From: a virus
Lineage: Duplodnaviria > Caudoviricetes
Direction: 5' to 3' (one strand)
Virus record (IMG/VR): IMGVR_UViG_3300048623_000045
Coordinates: 1-60,067 of that record
Length of the DNA stretch: 60,067 nt
Position numbers and translations under genes: made by a program. Below, piece by piece: positions 8,207-18,447 of the stretch (position 1 is the stretch's first letter; each line of letters opens with the position of its first letter). The notes beneath the pieces were generated by a model. That model searched no databases. It was not told the origin of the DNA and was given only the letters and a program-made list of their open reading frames with translations.

Positions 8207-8667
8207 CGATCTCCGCGATAGAGACCCGTTACGCGGGCTGCAAGTTCAGGTCCCGGACCGAGGCACGCTGGGCCGTATTCATGGACCGGCTCAGCCTCAC
8301 GTGGGAGTACGAGGGGCAGGGGTTCCAGCTCCCGTCGGGGCGCAAGTACCTGCCCGACTTCAAGCTGCCCGACCTGAAGGTCTTCCTTGAGATCAAGGGC
8401 GCGGAGCCGACCCAGCGGGAGCTGTCCAAGGTGCGTGAGTTCGCGGTGGAGGCGCACGCGCACAGGTACGTCATGCTGATGCTGGTCGGGGGCGTGCCTC
8501 GGCCGGGGCCCGGCACCGTGGACATCCCGGCGCGCTCCTTCCTGGTGACCGGGAAGACGGTCCAGGACGTACGTACCGACTGGATGCCCGCACACACCGC
8601 GCAGGCACTGCGGGACGCGCTCACCGCAGCCCGGTCCGCCCGGTTCGAGTTCGGGGAGTCGGGATGA
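8203..8667 (+). CDS. PD-(D/E)XK nuclease-like phage protein
   Basis: FRSRTEARWA...WEYE...YLPDF...LEIKG. Confidence 0.75.
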   Translation: MTISAIETRYAGCKFRSRTEARWAVFMDRLSLTWEYEGQGFQLPSGRKYLPDFKLPDLKVFLEIKGAEPTQRELSKVREFAVEAHAHRYVMLMLVGGVPRPGPGTVDIPARSFLVTGKTVQDVRTDWMPAHTAQALRDALTAARSARFEFGESG

Positions 8668-8692
8668 ACCAGACACAGACGGAGGACTGAGC

Positions 8693-9409
8693 ATGCGGTA
8701 CATGGGTGGTAAAGCAAAGATCGCGCGGCGTGTCGCTCAGGCGGTCCTGGACGACACGCCGTACCGGAAGAACTGGTTCGAACCGTTCGTGGGTGGGGGC
8801 AATGTGCTCGAACATGCGGCTCCGCACTTCACCCGGTCCGTCGCCATGGATGCGCACCCGGACCTGATTCTGATGTGGCAGGCGGTAAGTGCGGGGCACC
8901 TGCCGCCTGAGTTCGTCAGCCGGGAGCAGTACGAAGAGCTACGGCGGGCCGAACCGTCCGCGCTCCGGGGCTTCGCCGGGTTCGGGGCGTCTTTCGGGGG
9001 CAAGTGGTTTGGCGGGTACGCGTCGGGAGACGGGCGAAATTACGCGGCTGAATCTGCCAGATCCGTGACCCGGCAGGGAGCCGTGTTCCAGGACCGTGGG
9101 GTCACCTTCCGGCACGGCCTGTTCGGATCGCTGACGCCGCCCCCGGGAACGGTCGTGTACTGCGATCCGCCCTACGCCGGGACGACCGGGTACAGCACCG
9201 GGGATTTCGATCACGGCCTGTTCTACAAGACGCTGGCGCAATGGGCGTCAGACGGATGCGCAGTGTACGTGTCGGAGTACACCGCACCGGAGGATGTGCC
9301 GTACACGGTGATCTGGTCTTCTGAAAAGAGCATGTCGCTGCGCCAGACGGGACAACACGACACAGCCACCGAGAAACTGTTCCGGATCGGTGCGCCGCCA
9401 TGCCCGTGA
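8693..9409 (+). CDS. DNA adenine methyltransferase (Dam/D12 class)
   Basis: YMGGK, EPFVGGG, YCDPPY motifs. Confidence 0.9.
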   Translation: MRYMGGKAKIARRVAQAVLDDTPYRKNWFEPFVGGGNVLEHAAPHFTRSVAMDAHPDLILMWQAVSAGHLPPEFVSREQYEELRRAEPSALRGFAGFGASFGGKWFGGYASGDGRNYAAESARSVTRQGAVFQDRGVTFRHGLFGSLTPPPGTVVYCDPPYAGTTGYSTGDFDHGLFYKTLAQWASDGCAVYVSEYTAPEDVPYTVIWSSEKSMSLRQTGQHDTATEKLFRIGAPPCP

Positions 9410-9509
9410 GTGTGGACAGTGTGGTCTACTCTCAACCCACCCAAACGAACATGCGAAACCCCCGGAAGCCGTGGGCCGGCGCCGGGGGCACGAGCGAGAG
9501 CGAGTCGCC

Positions 9510-11876
9510 ATGACCGATGTTATCGAATCCAACGGGACCGTGCCGGATGCCGCTGAGCGGGTGATGGACGCGTTCGGCACCGAGTTCACCCCTGCCTCCC
9601 TGGCGCTGCTGGACTCCGGCGGGATCCCCATCGCGGAGGCGCTGAAGTACGGGGTGCGCTCGGTGCGGCACCCGGACCATGTGCCGGACGACATCCACAG
9701 GCGCTGGGTGAAGAGTCCCGGCATGCTGTTCGAGTGGCGCGACGGGGACCGGACCGTGACCCAGTTCCGCCCGGACATCCCGGTGATGGACACCGACCCC
9801 GCCACCGGCAAGGAGACCCCGCACAAGTACATCTTCCCCGGGGGCTGCGGGACGTTCCTCGGACACCTGCGCGCGCCGGAGAGCGCCAGCGATCCGATCC
9901 TGTTCGTGGAGGGCACCAAGCAGGGGCTGGCTGCCGCTGTGTGGGCCCCGGACGGGTGGGGAGTGGTCGCGGTACCGGGCTGCCAGAACTGGACCGGTAC
10001 GGACCTGTCCTGGGCCGAGGACCGGGACATCGTCTGCCTGTTCGACGCGGACGTGTCCCACAACCGCGACGTGTGGGAAGCGGCCACCGGGCTGAAGGAA
10101 GCGCTGGACGCGGAGGGCGCGGCCTCGGTGCGCTTCGCGTCGCTGGCCGGGGCGAAGGCCAAGGAGGGACTGGACGATGTCCTGGGCCGGCGCGAGCCGG
10201 GCAAGCGCACCCCGTACCTGCGCCGGGTGTGCGACGGAGCCAAGAAGACGCTGGGCCGGGCACCGGCCCGCAAGGCGTCCGGGGACGCGGCGCTGATGTT
10301 CAACGAGAAAGGGTCGCTGCTCGCGCAGACCGCGGCGGACTCGGTACTGGCCGGACAGCCCGCGGCGCTGGCGCACGGGTCCATGGTGGCCATGTACCAG
10401 GGAGGCAGGTACATCGTGGACCGGGGGCGTGAGCAGTTGTTCTCCGTGGTCCAGGAGAAGCTGGGAGAGGAGTACCGGCCGGCGCACCGGGCCACGATCG
10501 AAGAAGTACTGATCGGCCGTCTGGCCGGCTCCGGGACCCGGCTCCCGGAGCGCATGCCGTCCCCGGTGCTCAACTGCACCAACGGGCTGCTGGACCTGCG
10601 CACGGGGGAGCTGGCCCCGCACGACCCGGCGTACCTGTCCGCCACCCAGATCCCGGTGGCCTGGAACCCGGACGCCGTCTGCCCGCAGTACGAAGCGTGG
10701 CTGGCCACGGTGCTGCCCGGCTTCCAGCTCGATGACCTGGAAGAGTCCGTGTCCCTGATGCTGGACCCGTCCCGCACGCCCGGCAAAGCGGTGTTCCTGT
10801 TCGGGCCGTCCCACTCGGGCAAGTCCACGTACCTGCGCATCATGGGCCGCATTGCCGGAACGGAGAACACCTCCGCCGTCACGCTGCACCAGCTCAGTGA
10901 CGACAAGTTCGCCGCTGCCAACCTGTATCTGCGGGCGCTGAACGTGGCCGCGGACCTGTCCGCCAAACACGTCTCGGACATGTCCACGTTCAAGATGCTG
11001 ACCGGTGAGGACGTGATCCACGCCAACCGCAAGTACGGCAAGGAGTTCCAGTTCACCAACCAGGCGCTGTTCGCGTTCTCCGCGAACGAGCTGCCCACGG
11101 TGAGCGAGGCGTCCCGGGCGTACGCCAACCGGGTCAAGCCGTTCGAGTTCCCGTACTCATTCGCCGGCCGGGAAGACCCCTCCATCGAGGACCGGATCAT
11201 GGCAGAGCTGCCAGGGATCCTGGTGCGCTGGGTGGCCGCCTGGCAGAGGTACACGGCCCGTGGCGGGTACCTGCCGACGGATCCGGCGGTGATGCGGGAG
11301 TTCGAGACCAGGTCCGACCGGGTCGCCCTGTGGGTGAGCGAGAAGTGCACGGTGCATGCGGACGCGGCCGGGAAACTGGTCGGGCCGGAGCAGGGGACCA
11401 AGAAGTCCACCTTGCACGAGATGTTCAAGTCGTGGGCGAAGGATGAGGATTCGTCCGCACCTATGTCGAGTCGCAAGTTCATCGAGCGGTTGCGCAGCGT
11501 GAGCGGGGTCGGGGAAGTGAGGCTCCGGAACGAGAACAAGAACGTGGGTCTCAATGTCACACCGGGCTCGAACCCCACACCGCCGGAATCCACACCGCAC
11601 CTGTCCGTTTCGCCCGGGGATGGAGGAGACGGTACCGATATGGGGGGTGCGGAAAGTGTGGCGGGTGTGGGCATCCAGACATCCTCTCCATACGTGCGTG
11701 ACTCAGAGGTTAATGATCATGGTCAAGGAGGGGTTGAGTCCCACACGCATGGCCTAGAAGGGCTGTTCCCCACACTCGTCACACCGCCCACTCCGGAGCC
11801 CACACCGGAGCCTGTGTCACAGAGGGTGACTACCCCCGGTGACGGACCGGATGATTTCGACTTCTACACGGACTGA
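9510..11876 (+). CDS. Primase-helicase (TOPRIM-like + D5/P4-alpha-type SF3 helicase)
   Basis: FVEGTK, LFDAD, GLDD; NGLLDL; GPSHSGKST Walker A, FKMLTGED, FSANELP. Confidence 0.88.
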   Translation: MTDVIESNGTVPDAAERVMDAFGTEFTPASLALLDSGGIPIAEALKYGVRSVRHPDHVPDDIHRRWVKSPGMLFEWRDGDRTVTQFRPDIPVMDTDPATGKETPHKYIFPGGCGTFLGHLRAPESASDPILFVEGTKQGLAAAVWAPDGWGVVAVPGCQNWTGTDLSWAEDRDIVCLFDADVSHNRDVWEAATGLKEALDAEGAASVRFASLAGAKAKEGLDDVLGRREPGKRTPYLRRVCDGAKKTLGRAPARKASGDAALMFNEKGSLLAQTAADSVLAGQPAALAHGSMVAMYQGGRYIVDRGREQLFSVVQEKLGEEYRPAHRATIEEVLIGRLAGSGTRLPERMPSPVLNCTNGLLDLRTGELAPHDPAYLSATQIPVAWNPDAVCPQYEAWLATVLPGFQLDDLEESVSLMLDPSRTPGKAVFLFGPSHSGKSTYLRIMGRIAGTENTSAVTLHQLSDDKFAAANLYLRALNVAADLSAKHVSDMSTFKMLTGEDVIHANRKYGKEFQFTNQALFAFSANELPTVSEASRAYANRVKPFEFPYSFAGREDPSIEDRIMAELPGILVRWVAAWQRYTARGGYLPTDPAVMREFETRSDRVALWVSEKCTVHADAAGKLVGPEQGTKKSTLHEMFKSWAKDEDSSAPMSSRKFIERLRSVSGVGEVRLRNENKNVGLNVTPGSNPTPPESTPHLSVSPGDGGDGTDMGGAESVAGVGIQTSSPYVRDSEVNDHGQGGVESHTHGLEGLFPTLVTPPTPEPTPEPVSQRVTTPGDGPDDFDFYTD
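11565..11825. repeat. CACAC/GTGTG iteron-like cluster in the 3' end of the primase-helicase gene (putative ori)
   Basis: Many ccacac/gtgtgg copies in both orientations around an AT-richer core; homologous to 36780-37110. Confidence 0.55.
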
Positions 11877-11894
11877 GACGGAGGAAACGGACAG

Positions 11895-13730
11895 ATGGCT
11901 GACACCGGATTCTTTGACATCGAGACCGCGTCCGCGGACCGGCTGTACCTGGGCGGTCACCCCGGCCCGTTCGTCCGGCTGTGCGGAGCGGCCGGGGCTG
12001 CGGCCGTGGGCGTGACCGCCGACCCGGTCGCCCTGCTGGACTTCCTGAACCGGGCGAAGGCGATCGTCGGGCATGACGTGCTCCGGTTCGACCTGCCGGC
12101 GCTGGCCCGGCACTGCGGGGCCGACTACGACGCGCTTGCGGCCAAGACGGTCGACACGATCGTTCTCGCCCGTCTCGCCGACCCGCCCTCCGCCAAGGGC
12201 ATGCGGGCCGGGTACTACTCGCTCGACGCGGTCGCCCAGCGGTACGGGGTCGTGGGGAAGACCGACGACCTGAAGGCGCTGGCGCTGGAGTTCGCCCCGC
12301 TCACCGACCCGGCCACGGGGGCCAAGCTCACGGAGCCGGAGCGTGCGGCCCTGGGGTATGCCCTGATCCCTCAGGACGATCCGCGGTACCTGGACTACCT
12401 CCGGGGAGACGTACGGGCCTCACGGGCCGTCTACGGGGCGCTGGCCCCGGCGCTGGACGACTACGCCCGGCGCGAGATGCGTATCGCCTCGATCCAGAAC
12501 CGGATGACGCTCAACGGATGGCGCGTGGACGAAGACCTTCTCGCGCAGCGCACCGCGACCGAGGAGGAGCACCGCCAGCAGGCGCTGAAGGTCCTCGGGG
12601 CGGAGTACGGGGTGCCCCTGACCAAGACCGTGACGAAGGGCCGCGGTAAGGCCAAGGTCACGTTCGAGGAACCCCGGTTGTCCCCCACGGGGTCCGACGC
12701 GGGCCGTGCTGCCCTTGTGAGCGCCTTCCGGGCCGCAGGTGCCCCCCACTACCCGAAGACCGCTACGGGGGCCCTGGCAACGTCCTCAGAGGCTCTGGGG
12801 GAGGGTTTCTACTTCGTGGGCAAGGGCGCGGAGATGAAGCGGTTCCCGGGCATGCTGCGCGCGTACGGCCATCTGCCCGGCGTCCGGCGGATCTGTGAGC
12901 TGGTCAACGAGGTGACCGGGGCCACCGCCAAGTACGCGGAGATCTCCAAGTTCGTCACCGCCGGCCGGGTGCACGCCGGGATCGGGGAGGACCAGGCGTC
13001 GGGGCGCTGGGCCCACACGAAGCCGTCCGTCACGAACATCGGCAAGCGGGACGGGAAGGCGGTCCAGCGCGCGGTCTTCCTTCCCGATGAGGGCGAGGTC
13101 CATCTGACCGCCGACTTCGCCCAGGTGGACATGCGGGGAGTGGCCGGACTGTGCCAGGACCCGCTGTACATGGAGATGTTCGAGATCGGCCGGGACATGC
13201 ACACCGAGGTCGCGGCCATGATGAACGTGAGCCGGGACGGGGTGAAGCCGCTGAACCACGGCAACAATTACGGCCTGGGCGCGAAGGCCATGATCACCAA
13301 GGGCCATGACCCGGAGCTGGTCTCCCGGTTCTTCGAGGTGATGAGCCGGTTCGAGGTCAAGGCAGCCTGGACCGAGCGCGTCCGCGAGCAGGCCGAATCC
13401 GGCCAGCTCCTGGACAACGGCTTCGGCCGCAAGATGCGCTGCGACCCGGCACGCGCGTACACCCAGGCCCCGGCACTGATGGGCCAGGGCTGCGCCCGGG
13501 ACATCATGACCACGGGGCTGCTGCGCATGGTGGACCGGCTTCCGGAGATCACGTCCATGCTGAGGTGCGTCGTTCACGATGAGGTGGTGCTGTCCGTGCC
13601 CGTGGACCGGGTGGACGAGGTGACCGAGGTGATCAAGGACGCGATGACGTTCGAGTTCCGGGGCGTCCCGATCCTGGCGGACGTGTCCGCACCGGGAACG
13701 GACTGGTCGCTGTGCTACGGGTCCAAGTGA
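11895..13730 (+). CDS. polA: DNA polymerase, family A
   Basis: FFDIET and GHDVLRFD exonuclease motifs, DFAQVDMR (motif A), KPLNHGNNYG (motif B), HDEVV (motif C). Confidence 0.92.
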   Translation: MADTGFFDIETASADRLYLGGHPGPFVRLCGAAGAAAVGVTADPVALLDFLNRAKAIVGHDVLRFDLPALARHCGADYDALAAKTVDTIVLARLADPPSAKGMRAGYYSLDAVAQRYGVVGKTDDLKALALEFAPLTDPATGAKLTEPERAALGYALIPQDDPRYLDYLRGDVRASRAVYGALAPALDDYARREMRIASIQNRMTLNGWRVDEDLLAQRTATEEEHRQQALKVLGAEYGVPLTKTVTKGRGKAKVTFEEPRLSPTGSDAGRAALVSAFRAAGAPHYPKTATGALATSSEALGEGFYFVGKGAEMKRFPGMLRAYGHLPGVRRICELVNEVTGATAKYAEISKFVTAGRVHAGIGEDQASGRWAHTKPSVTNIGKRDGKAVQRAVFLPDEGEVHLTADFAQVDMRGVAGLCQDPLYMEMFEIGRDMHTEVAAMMNVSRDGVKPLNHGNNYGLGAKAMITKGHDPELVSRFFEVMSRFEVKAAWTERVREQAESGQLLDNGFGRKMRCDPARAYTQAPALMGQGCARDIMTTGLLRMVDRLPEITSMLRCVVHDEVVLSVPVDRVDEVTEVIKDAMTFEFRGVPILADVSAPGTDWSLCYGSK

Positions 13731-13768
13731 GGTACGGTTTAACGAAACCGAGAGACGATGGAGGAACG

Positions 13769-14101
13769 ATGAGCTATCCGAGACTGTTCAGCACCCCGGG
13801 CGTGGGCGCGTTTGCTGAAGCCGTGGACGACGAACGGCACCGGCAAATCGAGAAGTGGGGCGACCAGCGGCACCCGGACGGAACCGGCCAGCCCTACTTC
13901 GTGGCAGCGGCTGACGTGGCTCGCAAGGAGTGCCAATCGGCCGCTGCGGACGGGTCGGTGACCTGGCGCCACATCCTGGCCGAAGAGGTGGGGGAGGCGT
14001 TCGCGGAGACCGATTCCGAGATGCTGGCAGGGGAACTGGTCCAGTGCGCGGCCGTAATCGCGGCCTGGCTCGCTGACCTGGCGCGCAGGCCGAAGCCCTG
14101 A
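13769..14101 (+). CDS. MazG-like nucleotide pyrophosphohydrolase-fold protein
   Basis: ILAEEVGEA...ELVQCAAV pattern. Confidence 0.6.
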   Translation: MSYPRLFSTPGVGAFAEAVDDERHRQIEKWGDQRHPDGTGQPYFVAAADVARKECQSAAADGSVTWRHILAEEVGEAFAETDSEMLAGELVQCAAVIAAWLADLARRPKP

Positions 14102-14304
14102 TGGACGAAACTCGATGCCCCGGGTGCCCGTCGGGGATGAAGGGCACCGGCAAGTACCTGTGCCTGGGCTGCTGGAGCACACTGACCATGACCGCCCGGC
14201 GTGCGCTGAACCGGCGCGACAGCAAAGCCACGGCCAGAGTTCAGGATCTCTACCGGCAGATTCGCGCTGGTGTTCCACTGGGTGGGATCCAGGTGTCCCC
14301 GTGA
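14101..14304 (+). CDS. Hypothetical Zn-finger protein
   Basis: CPGC...CLGCW; TGATG overlap. Confidence 0.6.
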   Translation: MDETRCPGCPSGMKGTGKYLCLGCWSTLTMTARRALNRRDSKATARVQDLYRQIRAGVPLGGIQVSP

Positions 14305-14504
14305 CGGACGAGACACCCGCACAGTGGGAGCAGCGCTGGGCCCGGGAGGCGGATTGGAACCGGGACGACTGGGGGCCGCCCTCGCTGCCGGCCGACCACC
14401 CCCGGATCATCCGGGCCCGTCGGATCGGCTGGCTGGCGAAGTCGTTCCTGCGCGGCGCCCGCTGGGGCCACCGTGTGGCTGCGGGCCGACGGGAACGGGG
14501 CTGA
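14301..14504 (+). CDS. Hypothetical protein
   Basis: GTGA overlap. Confidence 0.5.
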   Translation: MTDETPAQWEQRWAREADWNRDDWGPPSLPADHPRIIRARRIGWLAKSFLRGARWGHRVAAGRRERG

Positions 14505-14507
14505 ACC

Positions 14508-14741
14508 ATGGCCACGGCAGCGGAGCGCTGGCGGTCCCGTCAGACCCGTCGCCTGGCCCGGGACGCGGTCGCACTGGCGGAGCAGACCAGCCGGTTCGCG
14601 GCCGGGGTGGACCGGTTCCCCGGCCCGTACGCGGACGACGCGCGGGACCTGACGAAGCGGGCGCTGGACCTGGTCAAGCTGGCCGCTTCGGTGGACGGTA
14701 TGCAGGAGATCACCGATCTGATGACGGAGGAAACGCGATGA
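14508..14741 (+). CDS. Hypothetical protein
   Basis: 77 aa helical protein, operon packing. Confidence 0.55.
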   Translation: MATAAERWRSRQTRRLARDAVALAEQTSRFAAGVDRFPGPYADDARDLTKRALDLVKLAASVDGMQEITDLMTEETR

Positions 14742-15385
14742 CGATGAACGTGCTGGGACTGGACCTGTCGATGACCGCCACCGGGATCTGTCTCCCGGAC
14801 GGCCGGACGCTGACGGTCGCCACGAACGCCAAGGACCGGGACTACCGGCTGGTGGTGATCCGCAACGAGGTACGCGGCGCGGTCATCGCCACCCGGCCCG
14901 ATCTGGTCGTGATGGAGGAAGCGCCCCCGGGCCTGAAGGGGTCTGCGATCAAGGCGATCCACATGGTGCAGGGGGCGGTGCGGGTGGCCCTGCTGGACCT
15001 CGAAGTTCCGTGCGCGGTGGTGAACCCGTCCACGCTCAAGGCGTACGCCACCGGAAAGAAGGGCGCCGACAAGACCGCCATGGCGATGGCCGCGTTCAAG
15101 CGCGCCGCGTTGGAGTTCCCCGACGACAACCAGTGCGACGCGTGGTGGCTGCGGGTCATGGGCATGGACTGGCACGGGTTCGCGGACGTACTGCTGCCCA
15201 TGGCGCAGCGGGACTTCATGAAGTCCGTGGACTGGCCGAAGCTGGCGGACCCGGTGGACCCGGAGAAGCTTCTCCAGTTGGCGGAGTTCGCTTACCGTCC
15301 GACGCTGCGGGAGCAGCTGGACGCGGCGTCCCCGGTCACGGTCGGTAGCAGCGACCCGGCCCCGTGCCATTTCGAGGCACGCTAA
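14738..15385 (+). CDS. RuvC-like Holliday junction resolvase
   Basis: VLGLDLSMTATG, VVMEE, LKAYATG...ADK, DNQCDA. Confidence 0.85.
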   Translation: MTMNVLGLDLSMTATGICLPDGRTLTVATNAKDRDYRLVVIRNEVRGAVIATRPDLVVMEEAPPGLKGSAIKAIHMVQGAVRVALLDLEVPCAVVNPSTLKAYATGKKGADKTAMAMAAFKRAALEFPDDNQCDAWWLRVMGMDWHGFADVLLPMAQRDFMKSVDWPKLADPVDPEKLLQLAEFAYRPTLREQLDAASPVTVGSSDPAPCHFEAR

Positions 15386-15510
15386 TGCCGGCCTGGGCCG
15401 CCTTCGTGTACGGCATGGGCGCCGGTGCGGCGCTCCTGATGCTGGTCCTGTACGTGGTCAATTGGAGGATCCTCCGATGCTGGACCGCTGACCTGCGAAA
15501 AGACAGGTAA
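15385..15510 (+). CDS. Small membrane peptide (41 aa)
   Basis: TAATG overlap; MPAWAAFVYGMGAGAALLMLVLYVV. Confidence 0.45.
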   Translation: MPAWAAFVYGMGAGAALLMLVLYVVNWRILRCWTADLRKDR

Positions 15511-15519
15511 CGCGGGCAC

Positions 15520-16071
15520 ATGCGCCTGCGGTGGAAACATGATCTGCCCCGGTGCCCCCAGCGGACCCGGGGCGGAGCCATGTGCACCCATCCGGCGGGC
15601 AAGGGAACCGGGCATTTCGGCTACGGTCAGTGTGAGGTGCACGGGGGACTGTGGCCCCAGAACGAGGACGCTTGGAGGCAGGCCATGGAACTGGCGAAGA
15701 TCGAGGGCATCGGCCCCACCGAGGCGCTGCTGAAGCTGGTCACCGCGTCCATGGGCCGGGCCGCGTATATGGACCTGGTGCTGGAAGCGGCACTGGCCCG
15801 GCACGTGGCGGACGGGGGTGACCCGCTGATCCCGCCGGCGACCATGCGCCCGTGGCTGAAGGAGTCGCGCCAGGAACGCATGGTGGCAGGCCGGATGGCG
15901 AAGGCTGCGGTGGACGCGGGGGTGATGGAGGCGCTGGGGCGCAGGCTGGACATGGAAGGCGGTCTGGTGGCGGACGCGCTGACCGCGGCCCTGGACGCGC
16001 TGGAGCTGGAACCGGCGCAGCGGATGAAGGCTTTGGGCGCCGCGCAGGAGAGGCTTCTGTCCGCTGAATAA
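15520..16071 (+). CDS. HGG-type Zn-finger protein, probable terminase small subunit
   Basis: C...C...CEVHGG N-terminus with helical C-terminus; upstream of terL. Confidence 0.5.
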   Translation: MRLRWKHDLPRCPQRTRGGAMCTHPAGKGTGHFGYGQCEVHGGLWPQNEDAWRQAMELAKIEGIGPTEALLKLVTASMGRAAYMDLVLEAALARHVADGGDPLIPPATMRPWLKESRQERMVAGRMAKAAVDAGVMEALGRRLDMEGGLVADALTAALDALELEPAQRMKALGAAQERLLSAE

Positions 16072-16112
16072 GGTAAACTGGTCGGGACACAGTGACCGAT
16101 GACGGAGGAAGC

Positions 16113-16355
16113 ATGAGCCATCGAAGCTTCATGGCCCGGGTGGCGGTGACTGCGGGGTACTCGCACGAAGCCGCTGAGGACATCGTCCAGAAAGCTCTGG
16201 ACGAACACGCGCACGAGCTGGCGGAGCAGCAGCGCGCCACGGGCCGGGACGACCGGTGTGCGGGTACGGACTGCTGCCAGCCGCACGGCGGGGTGGCGGA
16301 CCTGATCGACCCGCAGACGGACGACCACTGGGCCCCGGAATCGGGGACGTCATGA
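16113..16355 (+). CDS. Hypothetical protein
   Basis: GACGGAGGAAGC RBS. Confidence 0.55.
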   Translation: MSHRSFMARVAVTAGYSHEAAEDIVQKALDEHAHELAEQQRATGRDDRCAGTDCCQPHGGVADLIDPQTDDHWAPESGTS

Positions 16356-16558
16356 ACCCCCTGACGATCGCTGAACTCCGGCTGCGCCAGGCCCAGTTGG
16401 CGGAGCGTGCCGAGCGCCTGCGCCAGGAGGGGCGTTCCCTGTCCGCCACCACGCCCCGGGCCGGATTCACCGCGCGCCGGGTCCGGCTGATCCAGCAGCA
16501 GGCGGACGACTACGCCTCGCTGCTCCGCATCGCCGAAGCCGAGGGGGCCACGCCGTGA
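16352..16558 (+). CDS. Hypothetical protein
   Basis: ATGA overlap. Confidence 0.55.
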   Translation: MNPLTIAELRLRQAQLAERAERLRQEGRSLSATTPRAGFTARRVRLIQQQADDYASLLRIAEAEGATP

Positions 16559-16959
16559 TCCGCGAAGACCGAATGCTCATCAGCCGCAAGCCATTCGCTA
16601 TCGATCTCACCACTGTGGCCTTGGACGCGACCGAACGCGACGGCGTCTACTGGCTGTCCGGCAGTTGCCGGGCCGTCTGGTACCGGCGCAAGGACGGCGT
16701 AACCCGGGCGTGTCTGGGCCGTTTGGGTCTGCGGGCGCAGTGGAGACACGAAGCACCTGACCTGTCCAGTCCGGAAGCCATGCTCAGCAACAACCTGGAC
16801 AGCAGCTACGGCGGCACCACAGAGGGCCGATGGGACGGCTCCGGGTACTGGGGTGCCGAAGACCCCGATGTCCAGGCGCAGCACCTCGCGATCCTGCGTC
16901 CGATGCTGCACGCGTACCCGACGCCCCCGACTGGGTACGACGGGTGGTGGCGGTTCTGA
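16555..16959 (+). CDS. Hypothetical protein
   Basis: GTGA overlap, 134 aa. Confidence 0.55.
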   Translation: MIREDRMLISRKPFAIDLTTVALDATERDGVYWLSGSCRAVWYRRKDGVTRACLGRLGLRAQWRHEAPDLSSPEAMLSNNLDSSYGGTTEGRWDGSGYWGAEDPDVQAQHLAILRPMLHAYPTPPTGYDGWWRF

Positions 16960-17618
16960 TGACCGGCACCACCCCCACGTACGCGGTGATCCCCACCGAG
17001 GGGCGCCCGTGCCTGCACGACTGTGTGGCCGCGCTCCGGGACCAGGTGGACGGGATCATTGCCGTGGTGAACGGAGGCTATAACGGAGTCGAACTCCGGG
17101 ACGCGTACGTGATCCGGGACCGCAACCCCGTCCCGAACATCTCCCGCTGGTGGAACATCGGACTGGAGACGGTCCGGCGCCGGATGGAGCGTGACGGGGA
17201 GCTGTGGCAGGACCGCTGGAACGTGCTGGTCGTCAACGATGACACGATCATGGCCCCTAGCTCCGTGGCGGTGCTCATGTCGGGGCTGCGGAAGTACGAC
17301 GGGGCGCAGCTCGCGTACCCGGGCCTCCGGTCTGCGGAAGGCCTGATGAGGCACCCGAACCCGATCCGAATCACCGGCTGGTGCTTCGCCCTGCGCGGGG
17401 AAGCAGGCCTACGGGCGGATGAGGAACTGGCATGGTGGGCCGGAGACAACGATCTTGACTGGCGTGCCCGGCAGTCCGGCGGGACCGTGGTCGTGCCCGG
17501 GGTGGACCACCAGCACCTGCACCCCAACGGGTACACCGTGGCGCGCCCGGACCTGACCGAGCAGGCGGGCAAGGACATGGCCCGGTTCGTGGAAAAGTGG
17601 GGGCGACCGGCGTGGTGA
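16959..17618 (+). CDS. Glycosyltransferase, GT-A/GT2-like
   Basis: AVIPT N-terminus, LVVNDD (DxD-like), GWCF...DE...WAGDNDL. Confidence 0.75.
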   Translation: MTGTTPTYAVIPTEGRPCLHDCVAALRDQVDGIIAVVNGGYNGVELRDAYVIRDRNPVPNISRWWNIGLETVRRRMERDGELWQDRWNVLVVNDDTIMAPSSVAVLMSGLRKYDGAQLAYPGLRSAEGLMRHPNPIRITGWCFALRGEAGLRADEELAWWAGDNDLDWRARQSGGTVVVPGVDHQHLHPNGYTVARPDLTEQAGKDMARFVEKWGRPAW

Positions 17619-17637
17619 CCAACGAGAGCGAGGGCGC

Positions 17638-18447
17638 ATGAGGATCGCAGTGACCGGCGGGTCGGGGTTCATCGGCAGGGCCACGATCACGGCCGCGGAG
17701 AACGCGGGCAACGACGTGTGGAGCTTCGACCGGGCCGACGGGAACGATGTCCTCGGGGACCTGGCCGCCCTGTCCGGGGCCGACACGGTCATCCACCTGG
17801 CCGGAGTGCTCGGCACCTCTGAGCTGTTCGACAACCCCGAATGGGCTGTCGAGGTGAACATCAAGGGCACGCTGCGGGTGCTGGAATGGTGCCGGGCCAA
17901 TGGCGCCGGCTACGTGGGCATCACCATGCCCCCGGTGTTCCCGAGCGTGTACACGGCCACGAAGGTGTGCGCGCAGAGCCTGGCCACGAACTGGCACCGG
18001 GCGTTCGGCGTTCCGGTCAGCCACGTACGGGCCTTCAACGCGTACGGCCCCGGCCAGGCGCACGGTCCCGGCCACCCCCAGAAGATCGTGCCCACGTTCG
18101 CCCGCGCCGCGTGGCAGGGGCTCCCGATCCCGGTGTGGGGCGACGGCACCCAGACCGTGGACCTGGTGCATGCGGACGACGTGGGCCGGATGCTGGTGGA
18201 CGCGGCCGGGCACGGGGATGACGCCGTGTTCGACGCGGGGACGGGCGAGGCGGTCACGGTCAACGAAGTGGCGGACATCGTCCTCGGAATCACCGGGAGC
18301 AGCGCCGGAGTGGAGTACCTGCCGATGCGCACGGGCGAGGAAGCGACCACGATCGTGGCCAAGGGTGAGGGCTGGGACCGCCTCGACTGGCGCCCGGCCA
18401 TGGACTGGCAGCGGCTCGACGACGCGATCGGGTGGTACCGGCCGTGA
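17638..18447 (+). CDS. NAD-dependent sugar epimerase/dehydratase
   Basis: VTGGSGFIG, HLAG, YTATK, FNAYGPGQ. Confidence 0.92.
   Translation: MRIAVTGGSGFIGRATITAAENAGNDVWSFDRADGNDVLGDLAALSGADTVIHLAGVLGTSELFDNPEWAVEVNIKGTLRVLEWCRANGAGYVGITMPPVFPSVYTATKVCAQSLATNWHRAFGVPVSHVRAFNAYGPGQAHGPGHPQKIVPTFARAAWQGLPIPVWGDGTQTVDLVHADDVGRMLVDAAGHGDDAVFDAGTGEAVTVNEVADIVLGITGSSAGVEYLPMRTGEEATTIVAKGEGWDRLDWRPAMDWQRLDDAIGWYRP

Noticed and set aside
8203-9409. Type II restriction-modification pair (nuclease + adenine MTase)
   Set aside because: The nuclease belongs to a small phage PD-(D/E)XK type commonly found without MTases; adjacency alone is insufficient, though not excluded
9248-11674. Long antisense ORFs (also 22448..24412, 25300..27768, 29088..30743, 32161..34554, 55082..56965)
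   Set aside because: Shadow frames of well-supported genes, expected in high-GC DNA; no motifs or RBS
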